NCBI GenBank assembly: GCA_965116015.1
Contig: OZ220477.1
Location: forward strand, 2,189,704 to 2,253,703
From: Dehalococcoidia bacterium
GTDB taxonomy: Bacteria; Chloroflexota; Dehalococcoidia; Lucifugimonadales; Australimonadaceae
Direction of reading: 5' to 3'
Length of the DNA stretch: 64,000 nucleotides
Shown: positions 1-8,466 of the stretch, piece after piece
Layout: every line of letters begins with the position of its first letter
Position numbering within the stretch: position 1 is the stretch's first letter
Translations under genes and position numbers: made by a program
Notes under the pieces: generated by a model
Database searches by the model: none
What the model saw: the letters and a program-made list of their open reading frames with translations, nothing else
What the model was told of the DNA's origin: nothing

Positions 1-258
1 GCGGGTCCGGTGCAGGATATCGCGCAGGTGGCGAGCGATCCGCAGGTGAATCATCGGGGGATGTTTGTGGAGCTTCCGCATCCGCAGCTGGGAGCGGTGA
101 AGTTTGTGGGCACGCCTATCAAGTATTCGCGCACGCCGGGGGAGCTGGGCCGCGTGCCGCCGCAGTTGGGGGAGCATACGTTGGAGGCGCTGGGGGATGT
201 GCTTGGGTTGTCGGAGCCGGAGGTGGAGGGGCTGCGGAGCAGGGGCGTGGTCGCCTGA
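1..258 (+). CDS. CoA-transferase family III (CaiB/BaiF-like), C-terminal fragment; 5' end lies outside the window
   Basis: Frame is open to the window edge. The tail ...VNHRGMFVELPHP...GTPIKYSRTPG...LGEHT... matches the conserved C-terminus of family III CoA-transferases. Confidence 0.7.
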   Translation, partial: AGPVQDIAQVASDPQVNHRGMFVELPHPQLGAVKFVGTPIKYSRTPGELGRVPPQLGEHTLEALGDVLGLSEPEVEGLRSRGVVA

Positions 259-1184
259 TGCTGGGGGCGCTGCTGTCGCTGGCGTCGGCGTTTTCGTTCA
301 GCGTCAACTCGATATTCGTTCGCCGGGGGATGGCTGGCGCAGGGGCGACGGCGTCGCAAGGGGCGTTCATCACGGTGTTGATGGGGGTTCCGCTGGGTCT
401 TGCGGCAGTGGCGCTGACGGGGCAGCTTTTCCGTTTCGGGGATATCTCTGCGGAGAGTTATCTTCTGCTGGCGGGGGCGGGGATCGTTCACTTTGGCATA
501 GGGCGGTACTGCAACTACCGGGCGATCGGGGCGATCGGGGCGTCGCGGGCGGTGACTGTGCAGGCGGTTTCGATTCCGTACAGCGTGCTGATGGCGGTTG
601 TGCTGCTGGGCGAGGAGCCAACGGCGCTGATGCTGACGGGGATCGCGCTTGTGCTGCTTGGTCCGGCGGCGATGGTGGAGCGCCGGCGCGGGGGAGGGAG
701 CGCGAGGGGCGCGGTTCCGCCCGAGCTGGAGGTGCGGCAGCTGGAGGGGTACGTGTTCGCTGTGCTCGCGGCGGGGGCGTACGGCACGAGCCCGCTTTTG
801 ATCCGCGCGGCGCTGGAGGACGCGTCGGGTACGGCGGTTATAGGCACGCTCGTGGCGTATGTGGGGGCGTCGGCGTTTCTGATGGCCTCGCTTGCGCTGC
901 CGGGTCAGCGTCAGCTGATAGGGGCGATGAACGTTCGGTACTTCCGCTTGTTCGGCGGCGCCGGAGTGTCGGTGTTTCTGGCGCAGTTCTTCCGTTTCTT
1001 TGCGCTGTCGCTTGCCGATGTTACGGTTGTGAATCCGTTGCAGCGGATGACGGGGGTCTTTACGCTGGCGCTTACTTATTTGGTGAACAGGTCGCTGGAG
1101 CGGCTGACCTGGCGTGTTGTGACAGGGGTGCTTGTGTCGTTTGCGGGGTCGGCGCTGATAGTGTACGGGGCGGCGACGCGCTGA
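258..1184 (+). CDS. EamA/DMT-family membrane transporter
   Basis: 308-aa polytopic hydrophobic protein with a two-EamA-repeat look. Its ATG overlaps the upstream stop (TGATG). Confidence 0.75.
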   Translation: MLGALLSLASAFSFSVNSIFVRRGMAGAGATASQGAFITVLMGVPLGLAAVALTGQLFRFGDISAESYLLLAGAGIVHFGIGRYCNYRAIGAIGASRAVTVQAVSIPYSVLMAVVLLGEEPTALMLTGIALVLLGPAAMVERRRGGGSARGAVPPELEVRQLEGYVFAVLAAGAYGTSPLLIRAALEDASGTAVIGTLVAYVGASAFLMASLALPGQRQLIGAMNVRYFRLFGGAGVSVFLAQFFRFFALSLADVTVVNPLQRMTGVFTLALTYLVNRSLERLTWRVVTGVLVSFAGSALIVYGAATR

Positions 1185-1272
1185 AGGACTCTGCGCTGGG
1201 GCGGCTGAAGCTTGGGCGTCGATGAGCGATAGTGTGGGCGAAAGGCGGAGAAAGCAGACGAGGAGGGCGACG

Positions 1273-1704
1273 ATGACAGTGGAGAGGCTCAGCGTCGAGG
1301 GCGTGACGCACTGGTCGATTCCGGTGAATGATCTTGAGGAGGCGGAGGCGTTCTACGGGGAGTTGCTAGGGTTGAAATCGGAGGGGCGGCTTGGGAACAA
1401 CACGATGTCGTGTTTCAGCGCGGGGGACAACAACATTCTGCTGTGCGCGCAGAAGACGCCTGTGTCCGGGTCGCCGCCGGGGGTGCATCATTCGTTCACG
1501 GTTACGCCGGAGACGCTGGATCGGGCGTGCAAGCTCTTCAGGGAGCGGGGCGTGCGGATCGACAGTCTGGTTTACCGGGCGACGGGGCATTTCACTGGGC
1601 GGGAGCTATATTTCTTTGATCCGACGGGGAACCGTCTGGAGCTTCGCGATCCCACGTGGCGCACGGGAATGCCGGAGCCGTCGCTGGAGGAGTTGTCGGC
1701 GTAG
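1273..1704 (+). CDS. VOC/glyoxalase-bleomycin resistance-dioxygenase family protein
   Basis: Contains HWSIPVNDLEEAEAFYGELLGL...HHSF...ELYFFDPTGNRLEL. AGGAGGG lies 6 nt upstream of the ATG at 1273; the ORF is open from 1222. Confidence 0.8.
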   Translation: MTVERLSVEGVTHWSIPVNDLEEAEAFYGELLGLKSEGRLGNNTMSCFSAGDNNILLCAQKTPVSGSPPGVHHSFTVTPETLDRACKLFRERGVRIDSLVYRATGHFTGRELYFFDPTGNRLELRDPTWRTGMPEPSLEELSA

Positions 1705-1783
1705 CCTGGCGGGCATCTTCTCCGCATCTGTGCTTGTTGGGGGCGAGTTGGTTTCGGGCGCTGAGCCGTGGAGAGAGTCCGCA

Positions 1784-1799
1784 GGGGGGGGGGGGGGGG
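1784..1799. repeat. G16 homopolymer abutting the stop codon of the minus-strand gene
   Basis: Read directly: gca + 16 G + tta, where TAA is the stop of the 1800-3014 gene on the minus strand. Confidence 0.9.
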
Positions 1800-3014
1800 T
1801 TAGTGGCCGAGTTCGACGACCTCGACGACTTCGATCTGTTCGTCGGCGGTGTATCGCCAGACGCCCATATGGCCGGCGAGGATGTCGCCGTTGGCGTCCC
1901 AGTCGAGCGTTCCGGAGACGCCTTCGAGGTTGATTTCCTCGCCGTCGCGGATGAGGCGGAGGGCCTCTGCGACGCCGGCGGGGTTGGCGTGGACGATTGC
2001 GCCGGGCGGCGTTGCGATCGAGCGGAGGTTGTCGCGGATGGCGGCGCCGTCGGCGCTGCCGGCCTGTTCGGCGGCGAGCATAATCGCTAGCGCGGCGTCG
2101 TAGCACTCCCGGACGTAGGCGTGGGCGGGAGGGGAGCCGTGCTGTTCGGCGTAGGCGGTGTTCCATGCCTCGCCCTCTGGGGTGTTCGGGTGTGGGGCGG
2201 CCGCTGTGCCGTACTGGTTCGCGAGATGTTCGCCTCCGATGGCCTGAACCACGGCGAGCCTTTTGCCGGCGTCGCCGAAGTAGAATCGGTCGTAGAGTTG
2301 CTCGTCGAGGGCTGCCTGGACGATGGCCTGAGTCGCGTTGCCGAAATCGATGACGACGAGCGCCTGGGCGCCCTGCGCGGCTGTTTCCCGCACGAGGGGC
2401 GCGTAGTCTGTGGCGCCGGTGGGGACGCGCACGGAGAGGAGGTCGCCGTTCCATGCCGCCGCGAACGATTGCGCCAATCCTCTGCCGTATGGATCGTCGC
2501 GGTACGTGAGGCCGAGGTTGGAGAAGCCTTGCTCGCGGACGACGCGGGCGAGCACGGGGCCTTGGGAGGCGTCGGAGAGGGCGACGCGGAAGAAGAAGTC
2601 GGAGTCGTTGAGCGTAGTGAGGGTGGGGGCTGTGGCGGAGGGGCTGATGGCGGGGACGCCTGCGGGGGCGGCGATCTCCTGGGCGATGCGGGTGGAGGCT
2701 GCGCTGGAGTTAGGGCCGACGAACGCGTGGACGTTCTCGTCTTCGACGAGGCGCCGCGCGGATGCGACGGCGATGTCCAGGTCGCTTGGGGCGTCGGCTG
2801 TTACGGAGTCGACGGGGTGGCCGAACACGCCTCCGTTCTCGTTGACGTGGGCGATGGCGAGCTCGAATCCGCGCTGGCGCTCCGCGGAGACTAGGGGGGA
2901 GCTGGAGTAGTCGAGCAGGAGGCCGATCTTGAGCGGCTCTTCGCTGCCGCAGCCGGACGCGGCGGCGAGTAGAAGCAGGGGCGCCAGGGCGGCGAGCATT
3001 GTTCTAGGTTTCAT
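1800..3014 (-). CDS. ABC transporter substrate-binding lipoprotein (type 1 periplasmic binding fold, LivJ/branched-chain amino acid-like)
   Basis: Signal peptide plus lipobox (LLLLAAASGCGS). Overall resemblance to the Leu/Ile/Val-binding protein family. Confidence 0.8.
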   Translation of the reverse strand: MKPRTMLAALAPLLLLAAASGCGSEEPLKIGLLLDYSSSPLVSAERQRGFELAIAHVNENGGVFGHPVDSVTADAPSDLDIAVASARRLVEDENVHAFVGPNSSAASTRIAQEIAAPAGVPAISPSATAPTLTTLNDSDFFFRVALSDASQGPVLARVVREQGFSNLGLTYRDDPYGRGLAQSFAAAWNGDLLSVRVPTGATDYAPLVRETAAQGAQALVVIDFGNATQAIVQAALDEQLYDRFYFGDAGKRLAVVQAIGGEHLANQYGTAAAPHPNTPEGEAWNTAYAEQHGSPPAHAYVRECYDAALAIMLAAEQAGSADGAAIRDNLRSIATPPGAIVHANPAGVAEALRLIRDGEEINLEGVSGTLDWDANGDILAGHMGVWRYTADEQIEVVEVVELGH

Positions 3015-3238
3015 CAGAGGGTTCCTCGGGAGCGCGCTCGGGGGCTGGCGTCCTGGTGGAGGGGGTGCGGTTGCGAGGGCAGTTTACGGCAAGGGCTTTG
3101 CTGGCGCGGAGGGGGGCGGTTGTTGGTTGCGGCTCAATCGGCGCCGACGTGGTATGCTGCGGCTGTCTGTCAGGAGCGGCGATTTTCCTCCTGCTCCTGA
3201 TTGCGAGGGAACAGGGCTACGGATGCAGGAGGCGACGC

Positions 3239-4591
3239 ATGCTTACGGCAGAGATGAATGACCGGTTGGCCAGAGTGGGGCCGGGCACGCCTTGCGGCGA
3301 GCTGTTCCGGCGGTATTGGGTTCCGTTTCTTCCCGCGGCCAAGCTCGACGAGGATCCTGTGCAGCCTGTGCGGCTCCTTGGGGAGGATCTTACGTGCTAT
3401 CGCGACAAGTCTGGCAAGGTCGGGCTCATTGGTCAGCGTTGTTTGCACAGGGCGGTTGATCTGCGGTGGGGGATTCCGGACGAGAACGGGTTGCGTTGCC
3501 CGTATCACGGGTGGCTGTACGACGCGGAGGGTTCGTGCGTCGAGTCTCCGCTGGAGGCGCGGCCGGATATGTTCAGGGGGCGTCTGAAGCTGCCGGGCTA
3601 TCCGGTGCAGGAGATGGGAGGCTTGTTGTTCGCGTATATGGGGCCGGAGCCCGCGCCGCTGCTGCCTCCGTGGGATCTGTTCGTGTGGCCGAATGCGGTG
3701 CGTCAGATCGGCTACGCTGTGCTCAACGCGAACTGGCTGCAGTGTCAGGAGAACACGGGGGATCCTACGCATGGGGTGTATCTCCATGGGTACTTGCTGC
3801 AGTATGTGCTGGAGAAGATGGGAGACAGAGACCGCCTTGCGCAGATGAGCGACAGTTTCCAGCGCGGCGGGGTGGGCATTAAGGATCTGTATGTTCACGC
3901 GACGCAGTACGGTATGGAGAAGGGGGTGATCTTCTCGAAGGAGCTGGGAGCCGACGCGGATCGGCGGACGCGGCATTCGACGGTGATTTTCCCGTTCTAC
4001 ACTGAGCAGAACGCGGCAGGGGCTCCGTGGAGCGAGTTTCAGATACGCGTGCCGATCGACGATGAGCATACGTATCACATCTCGTACAACTGTTATGCGG
4101 CGCCGCCGGGGGTGGAGGCGCCCAGGCAGGGGATGATTCCTTACTACGAGGTGCCTATCTGGGACGCCGACGGCAAGCCTGTGCTCGATTGCGTGCTGAA
4201 CCAGGACTTCATCGGGTGGTGGTCGCAGGGGCCGCTTACGGACCGGACTGCGGAGAATCTTGGGCGCACGGATATTCCGGTTGTGTTCTTGCGGAAGCAG
4301 TTGGATGAGAATATTCGGGTTGTGGAGGACGGGGGGGATCCGATGAATGTGTTCCGCGACGCCGAGGGTATGGGGGATATTCTGTATGGGGGAGGACAGC
4401 CGGCGGAGCAGTGGCTGGACCCGAATTGGGCGAGCAAGGGGGTGGAGCTGAACAGGAATACGCGGGCGCAGTATCACAAGGGGGGTGCTGTGTGGGAGTC
4501 GGACCGTTATGGTCCGGCTGTGCCTTTGGTGGGGGAGCTGCATCGGCGTATGGAGGAGGCGGTCGAGAAGGCGTCGGCGTCGGGGGGTTAG
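3239..4591 (+). CDS. Rieske [2Fe-2S] non-heme iron oxygenase, alpha-subunit-like
   Basis: Rieske motif CLHR...CPYHGW and mononuclear iron motif DPTHGVYLH. The internal ATG at 3239 fits family N-termini; the ORF is open from 3056. Confidence 0.85.
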   Translation: MLTAEMNDRLARVGPGTPCGELFRRYWVPFLPAAKLDEDPVQPVRLLGEDLTCYRDKSGKVGLIGQRCLHRAVDLRWGIPDENGLRCPYHGWLYDAEGSCVESPLEARPDMFRGRLKLPGYPVQEMGGLLFAYMGPEPAPLLPPWDLFVWPNAVRQIGYAVLNANWLQCQENTGDPTHGVYLHGYLLQYVLEKMGDRDRLAQMSDSFQRGGVGIKDLYVHATQYGMEKGVIFSKELGADADRRTRHSTVIFPFYTEQNAAGAPWSEFQIRVPIDDEHTYHISYNCYAAPPGVEAPRQGMIPYYEVPIWDADGKPVLDCVLNQDFIGWWSQGPLTDRTAENLGRTDIPVVFLRKQLDENIRVVEDGGDPMNVFRDAEGMGDILYGGGQPAEQWLDPNWASKGVELNRNTRAQYHKGGAVWESDRYGPAVPLVGELHRRMEEAVEKASASGG

Positions 4592-4608
4592 GGGCGGGTT
4601 GCGGGGGT

Positions 4609-4636
4609 CCCTCTCCTGCGCAAGCAGGAGAGCGGG
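4609..4636. terminator. GC-rich hairpin between convergent genes (ccctctcctgc-gcaa-gcaggagag(c)ggg), no clear U-tract
   Basis: Stem of 9+ bp with a GNRA-type loop, read directly. It sits between the stops at 4591 (+) and 4644 (-). Confidence 0.35.
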
Positions 4637-4643
4637 GCTACGT

Positions 4644-5286
4644 CTACTGGTTGGCAGAATAAGCGGCGGAGGATTCTATGCTGTAGAGTCTGTCCAGCCA
4701 GCCTATGAACCTCTGCGCCAGCGCTCCGTCGGTTTGCAGGTCGCCTGCGCTGATGGCCGCGCCTATGCGTCCGGGGATCTCTCGCGTGGCTAGCCAGGCG
4801 TGGATCTGAGCGCGCAGTGATTTCCCTTTCTTGAAACTTCGCTGCTCTTCAGGGATGCACTTGATGTAGCCGCTTGCGCACAGCCATGCAGGATCGTTTT
4901 CGGGGATCATGTCTTCGACGAAATCTTCGAGCTCTCCGGCGGAGTGATTATCGGGCATGAGCCAAACGCCTACGCGGGGGCGCCGAGGGACGCCGTCAGG
5001 CAAGCCGGGCAGGATTGTGCCGTTCGGTTCGGGATGTTGCGGCAGTTCTATGGCTGCTTCTTTGAGCTTGGCGGTTAGTTGCTCCCAGCGTTGATCGATA
5101 TGGTCGTTAGCGTCCACCAATATACCAACGACCATACGTCCTGGCTCGACTACGCGAGGCCGTATCTCCTTAAGGAGATTGTTGATACCCCCCCGCGTTT
5201 ATCACTTCAAAGTTCGAGCTTCGCGAAATACGGAGAACAAAATGCTTGTCGTTCCGCCCCTCGACTAGAAGCACGCGGTCCGGCAT
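4644..5286 (-). pseudogene. DUF3226-type small Toprim-like protein, interrupted by a +1 frameshift in a G7 run (C7 on the + strand, 5188-5194)
   Basis: ATG 5286 gives MPDRVLLVEGRNDKHFVLRISRSSNFEVINAGG, then a TAA at 5172-5170. The 4644-5135 ORF frame continues upstream as ..GGINNLLKEIRPRVVEPGRMVVGILVDAND. Removing one G fuses the two parts into about 213 aa. The motif WLMPDNHSAGELEDF...IHAWLA...PG..IG.AI matches my recollection of DUF3226 proteins. Confidence 0.6.
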
Positions 5287-5290
5287 AAGC

Positions 5291-6376
5291 CTATCGAACC
5301 TCTATGCCGTGTTCAGCGGCAGTAGCTAGTTCCTCTTCGGAATAACCCACGGGGTAGAGGCCGTCAGCGTCCTTTTCCAGGCGTATGACAGTTCCATCTA
5401 CAGTGGAATCGGTTGCGGCCTGCGCGAAGCCCTGCACGCAGTCGAAGCTGTGCGTTGTGGCCAGCGCCTGTATGTTGTTCGCCTCCGCCATCTGGAACAC
5501 TACGCGCCAGAAGGCTGACTGGATGGAATGGTGTAGTCCGTTTTCAGCCTCATCGAGCAGCAGAATGCCGTTTCTGCTGTTGGCAAGAGCCAAGGCGATG
5601 CTGAAAAGCCGAAATGCGCCGCCACCGAGGCTCTTTAGCGGCACGCGGCGAGTCTGCCCACTGACCCCCGCCATAGCTCGACGTTCAGATCTTGTCCTCT
5701 GGACTGCTCCCAGAACGAGGATGTCCTCTATGCCTAGCCCAAGTATTTCCTGTAGGGGTTGGATGGCAAGATCCTCTCGCCGTTCCGCCGCCGCCTTGTT
5801 CCACAGGCGATCCAAGTCGTCATTGCCCATAACTCCTACCTGCGCGAATTCGCAGTCTATCTCCGGCGGGAGATCCACATCTCTCGGTATACGGCTCAAA
5901 CGATAAAGAGGCCATGGCGGGTATGCGCGTTGCCTGAATGCGATTTGAATCCCTCGACTAATGCGCTCCAGGTCAATGGGATCTAGGTCGTAGAGAGATT
6001 CCTCGTTGTCGGGCTCAACAGAATCGTAGGGCAAGGAGACTAAATCTATGTTGAGTAGATCGCCTTTTGGGCCAATGGCAATGCGAGGCTGAGGCGCTGC
6101 GCCCCTGTTGTAGAAAAGGGAAGGCCAGTCCACATCGATGCGTAAGCCTGTCTTTTCCTCGAGCGTCTCTTCCCTGCCCAGCAGCAATTTCGCTAGCGTG
6201 GACGAGCGACCTCTCGCTGCGTAGGCGCGCACTGCCTCCAGCACGGTGGTTTTGCCGACGCCGTTCTTCCCGACAAGCAGCGTGACGCGGCCCAAGCGGG
6301 GGATGTCCAGTTTCTCGATTCCGCGGAAGCCGTCTATGTGGAGGTCAGGGATGTGTAGCTCGTTTGTCTCGCTCAT
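5291..6376 (-). CDS. ABC/SMC-like ATPase (AAA_21/AAA_15-type, OLD/AriA-like ATPase without a nuclease domain)
   Basis: Walker A GKNGVGKT, signature-like SLGGGAFR, Walker B ILLLDEAENGLH and H-loop TTHS. Visibly lower G+C than the neighbouring genes. Confidence 0.8.
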   Translation of the reverse strand: MSETNELHIPDLHIDGFRGIEKLDIPRLGRVTLLVGKNGVGKTTVLEAVRAYAARGRSSTLAKLLLGREETLEEKTGLRIDVDWPSLFYNRGAAPQPRIAIGPKGDLLNIDLVSLPYDSVEPDNEESLYDLDPIDLERISRGIQIAFRQRAYPPWPLYRLSRIPRDVDLPPEIDCEFAQVGVMGNDDLDRLWNKAAAERREDLAIQPLQEILGLGIEDILVLGAVQRTRSERRAMAGVSGQTRRVPLKSLGGGAFRLFSIALALANSRNGILLLDEAENGLHHSIQSAFWRVVFQMAEANNIQALATTHSFDCVQGFAQAATDSTVDGTVIRLEKDADGLYPVGYSEEELATAAEHGIEVR

Positions 6377-6557
6377 AGCCTGCTCCGGTCGACTTGCGCT
6401 GTGAGTCTAGCGCCTCGATGCATCGCGGGCGTTATACTCCCGGCGCCCGATGGGTGGGCGGCCTGGGTTGGGGGCAGGCTCGGGTTGCGGCGGGCGGGGT
6501 TGTGTAATCGGCGCGGGCAGGCGTTGCGCTTGCGGGCGCAGCTAGCGAGGTGAAGGG

Positions 6558-7196
6558 ATGACGAGCGATAAGGCTCGGACAGGGCGCATTCAGGATGTGT
6601 ACGCGTCGCGCAGTTATGAGGAGCTTGCGGGCAAGTACGACGAGTGGGCTTCGGAGTACGACGCCGATCTGAAGGCTATGGGGTTCCTTGGGCCGAAGGC
6701 CGGCGCGGAGATGCTGGCGAAGTTCGTCGCGGACAAGGAGGCCAAGCTCCTCGACGCGGGGGCAGGGACGGGGATGGTGGGGGAGGAGCTGGCGAGGCTT
6801 GGTTACAAGCGGATCACGGCGCTCGATCTGTCGCCAGGGATGCTGATGGCGGCGAACGAGAAGTTCGTGTACGAGGAGCTGGTTGTTGGGGAGCTGGGGA
6901 AGCCGCTTAGTTTCGAGACTGACCAGTTCGATGGGGTAACGTGCATCGGCACGCTGACGATTGGGCACGCGCCGCCGGAGTCGCTCGACGAGCTGGCGCG
7001 GGTGACGAAGCCGGGCGGGGTGGTGGTGTTTACGATGCGGACCGATCACTATACGGAGGGGGGCTTCGAGGCCAAGCAGTCGGCTCTGGAAGCATCGGGG
7101 AGGTGGAAGCTTGCGGAACGGAGCGCTCCGTTCGTGCCGATGCCCCACGGCGAACCGGACATCTGGTATGAGGTCTGGGCGTACGAGGCGCTGTAG
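6558..7196 (+). CDS. Class I SAM-dependent methyltransferase
   Basis: Motif I LLDAGAGTGMVG followed by ALDLSPGML. Size is typical of the Methyltransf_11/25 families. Confidence 0.8.
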   Translation: MTSDKARTGRIQDVYASRSYEELAGKYDEWASEYDADLKAMGFLGPKAGAEMLAKFVADKEAKLLDAGAGTGMVGEELARLGYKRITALDLSPGMLMAANEKFVYEELVVGELGKPLSFETDQFDGVTCIGTLTIGHAPPESLDELARVTKPGGVVVFTMRTDHYTEGGFEAKQSALEASGRWKLAERSAPFVPMPHGEPDIWYEVWAYEAL

Positions 7197-7320
7197 GCGG
7201 AACGGGGGGCGATTGCTCTGGGGGGTCTGAGGGGAGCGTTCGCGCTCTTGGGGCGCCTGACTGCCGAGGCGTCCCGCTCTTGGGGGGCGGGTTGGGCGAG
7301 GGCGAGGGGCGATTGGGGCG

Positions 7321-7494
7321 GGTTGGAGTGTGAGAGGGAGCGAGGCGGTTTTGCTCCTGCGTGAGGACGGTGGCGGCGGGTTGGAGTGTGAGCGGGCGAC
7401 GCGGTTTGCTCCTGCTTGGGCGGGGCGATGGCGGGGGGTTGGGGATGCGAGCGGGCGATGGGGTTGGCTCTTGCTTGAGGGCGAGGGGCGATGG
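7321..7494. repeat. Three contiguous degenerate 58-bp tandem repeats (ggttggagtgtgag.gggc.a.gcgg...ttgctcctgc...) in an intergenic spacer
   Basis: Units at 7321-7378, 7379-7436 and 7437-7494, read directly. Related partial units lie at 7240-7320. Confidence 0.85.
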
Positions 7495-7512
7495 TTCTGA
7501 GGGAGGGTGTGT

Positions 7513-8466
7513 ATGCGGGAACGACCATTCGGGAAGCTGGGGGCGGCAAGCGCGCTTGCTCTTGGGGGAGGAGGGCTTGGCCGGATCTGGGGCGAGACTA
7601 CGCGCGAGGAGTGCGTTGCGACGGTGCGCGAGGCGGTTGATTCGGGCATCGATGTGCTCGATCTCGCGCCGTCGTACGGGGCTGGCGAGGCGGAGTTGGT
7701 TATCGGGGCCGCGTTTGAGGGCAACGTTCCCGCCGGCGTGCGCGTCACGACTAAGAGCAGGGTGGGCGATACGCCGCGTGACCGGGTCTACGCTCTGATT
7801 TCGGAGAGTCTGAGGGGGAGCCTCGAGCGTATGCGCATCGAGTGCGCGGACATTATGTTCGTGCACAACGCGGTTACGCTGGCAAGCGAAGGGGGAGAGC
7901 GGCTTACGCCCGCCGACTCCGTGAGGGAGGCCGTGGCGCCGGCGTTCGAGCGGCTCATCGCCGAGGGTCGCGTGCGCTGCTGGGGGCTCACCGGCATCGG
8001 CGAGGCCGACGCTCTTATCTCGCTGCTGACGGATGGGCCGCGGCCTGACTACATTCAGTGCATTACGAACTTGCTCGATTCGCCTGGCGGGCTGCTGCGG
8101 GGAGGGGGGCTTGCCCGTCCGCGCGAGGTTATCGCGGCGGCGAACGCCGCTGGGGTGGCGGTGATGGGCATTCGCGCGGCGCAGGCAGGGGCGCTGACGG
8201 ACGCGATCGATCGTCCGCTGCCTGATGGGCATTCGGAGCTTGCCGACTACGCCCGCGCAGCGCCTTTCCGCGCTATCGCCGCTGAGGTAGGCGAGTCCGC
8301 CGCGTTCCTGGCGCATCAGTACGCGCTCTCGATGGGTGGGGTTTCGACTGTTGTGCTGGGGGTGAAGAACAGGGAGGAGTTGCGGGAGTGTATCCGGGCG
8401 GAGGCTGCGGGTCCGATGGAGCCGGGGCTGGCCGCGCGGATCGATGAGGCTGTCGGGCGGGGGTAG
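7513..8466 (+). CDS. Aldo/keto reductase family oxidoreductase
   Basis: N-terminus FGKLG...LGGGGLG...EECVATVREAVDSGIDVLDLAPSYGAGEAE is AKR-like. GGAGGG lies 6 nt upstream of the ATG at 7513. Confidence 0.85.
   Translation: MRERPFGKLGAASALALGGGGLGRIWGETTREECVATVREAVDSGIDVLDLAPSYGAGEAELVIGAAFEGNVPAGVRVTTKSRVGDTPRDRVYALISESLRGSLERMRIECADIMFVHNAVTLASEGGERLTPADSVREAVAPAFERLIAEGRVRCWGLTGIGEADALISLLTDGPRPDYIQCITNLLDSPGGLLRGGGLARPREVIAAANAAGVAVMGIRAAQAGALTDAIDRPLPDGHSELADYARAAPFRAIAAEVGESAAFLAHQYALSMGGVSTVVLGVKNREELRECIRAEAAGPMEPGLAARIDEAVGRG

Noticed and set aside
3056-3238. N-terminal extensions offered by the ORF track (also 9059-9175, 21172-21450, 23451-23594, 36705-36731, 39459-39536, 57210-57362, 61393-61506)
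   Set aside because: The extensions are low-complexity or hydrophobic junk. The conserved family N-termini begin at internal start codons, several of which have AGGAGG-like sites or stop/start overlaps.
4591-6505. 10-nt match cgggttgcgg on both sides of the ATPase island (about 4597 and about 6487) as possible att sites
   Set aside because: The match is too short and too GC-rich to distinguish from chance in this genome. No recombinase is present.
7321-7494. Possible CRISPR array
   Set aside because: The repeat units are contiguous and 58 bp long, with no unique spacers between them. They are mutually degenerate, and no cas genes lie nearby.
6432-8316. 438-aa and 428-aa minus-strand ORFs across the methyltransferase, repeat and AKR region
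   Set aside because: They are Pro/Arg/Ser-rich low-complexity sequences that overlap well-supported plus-strand genes and the tandem repeats.
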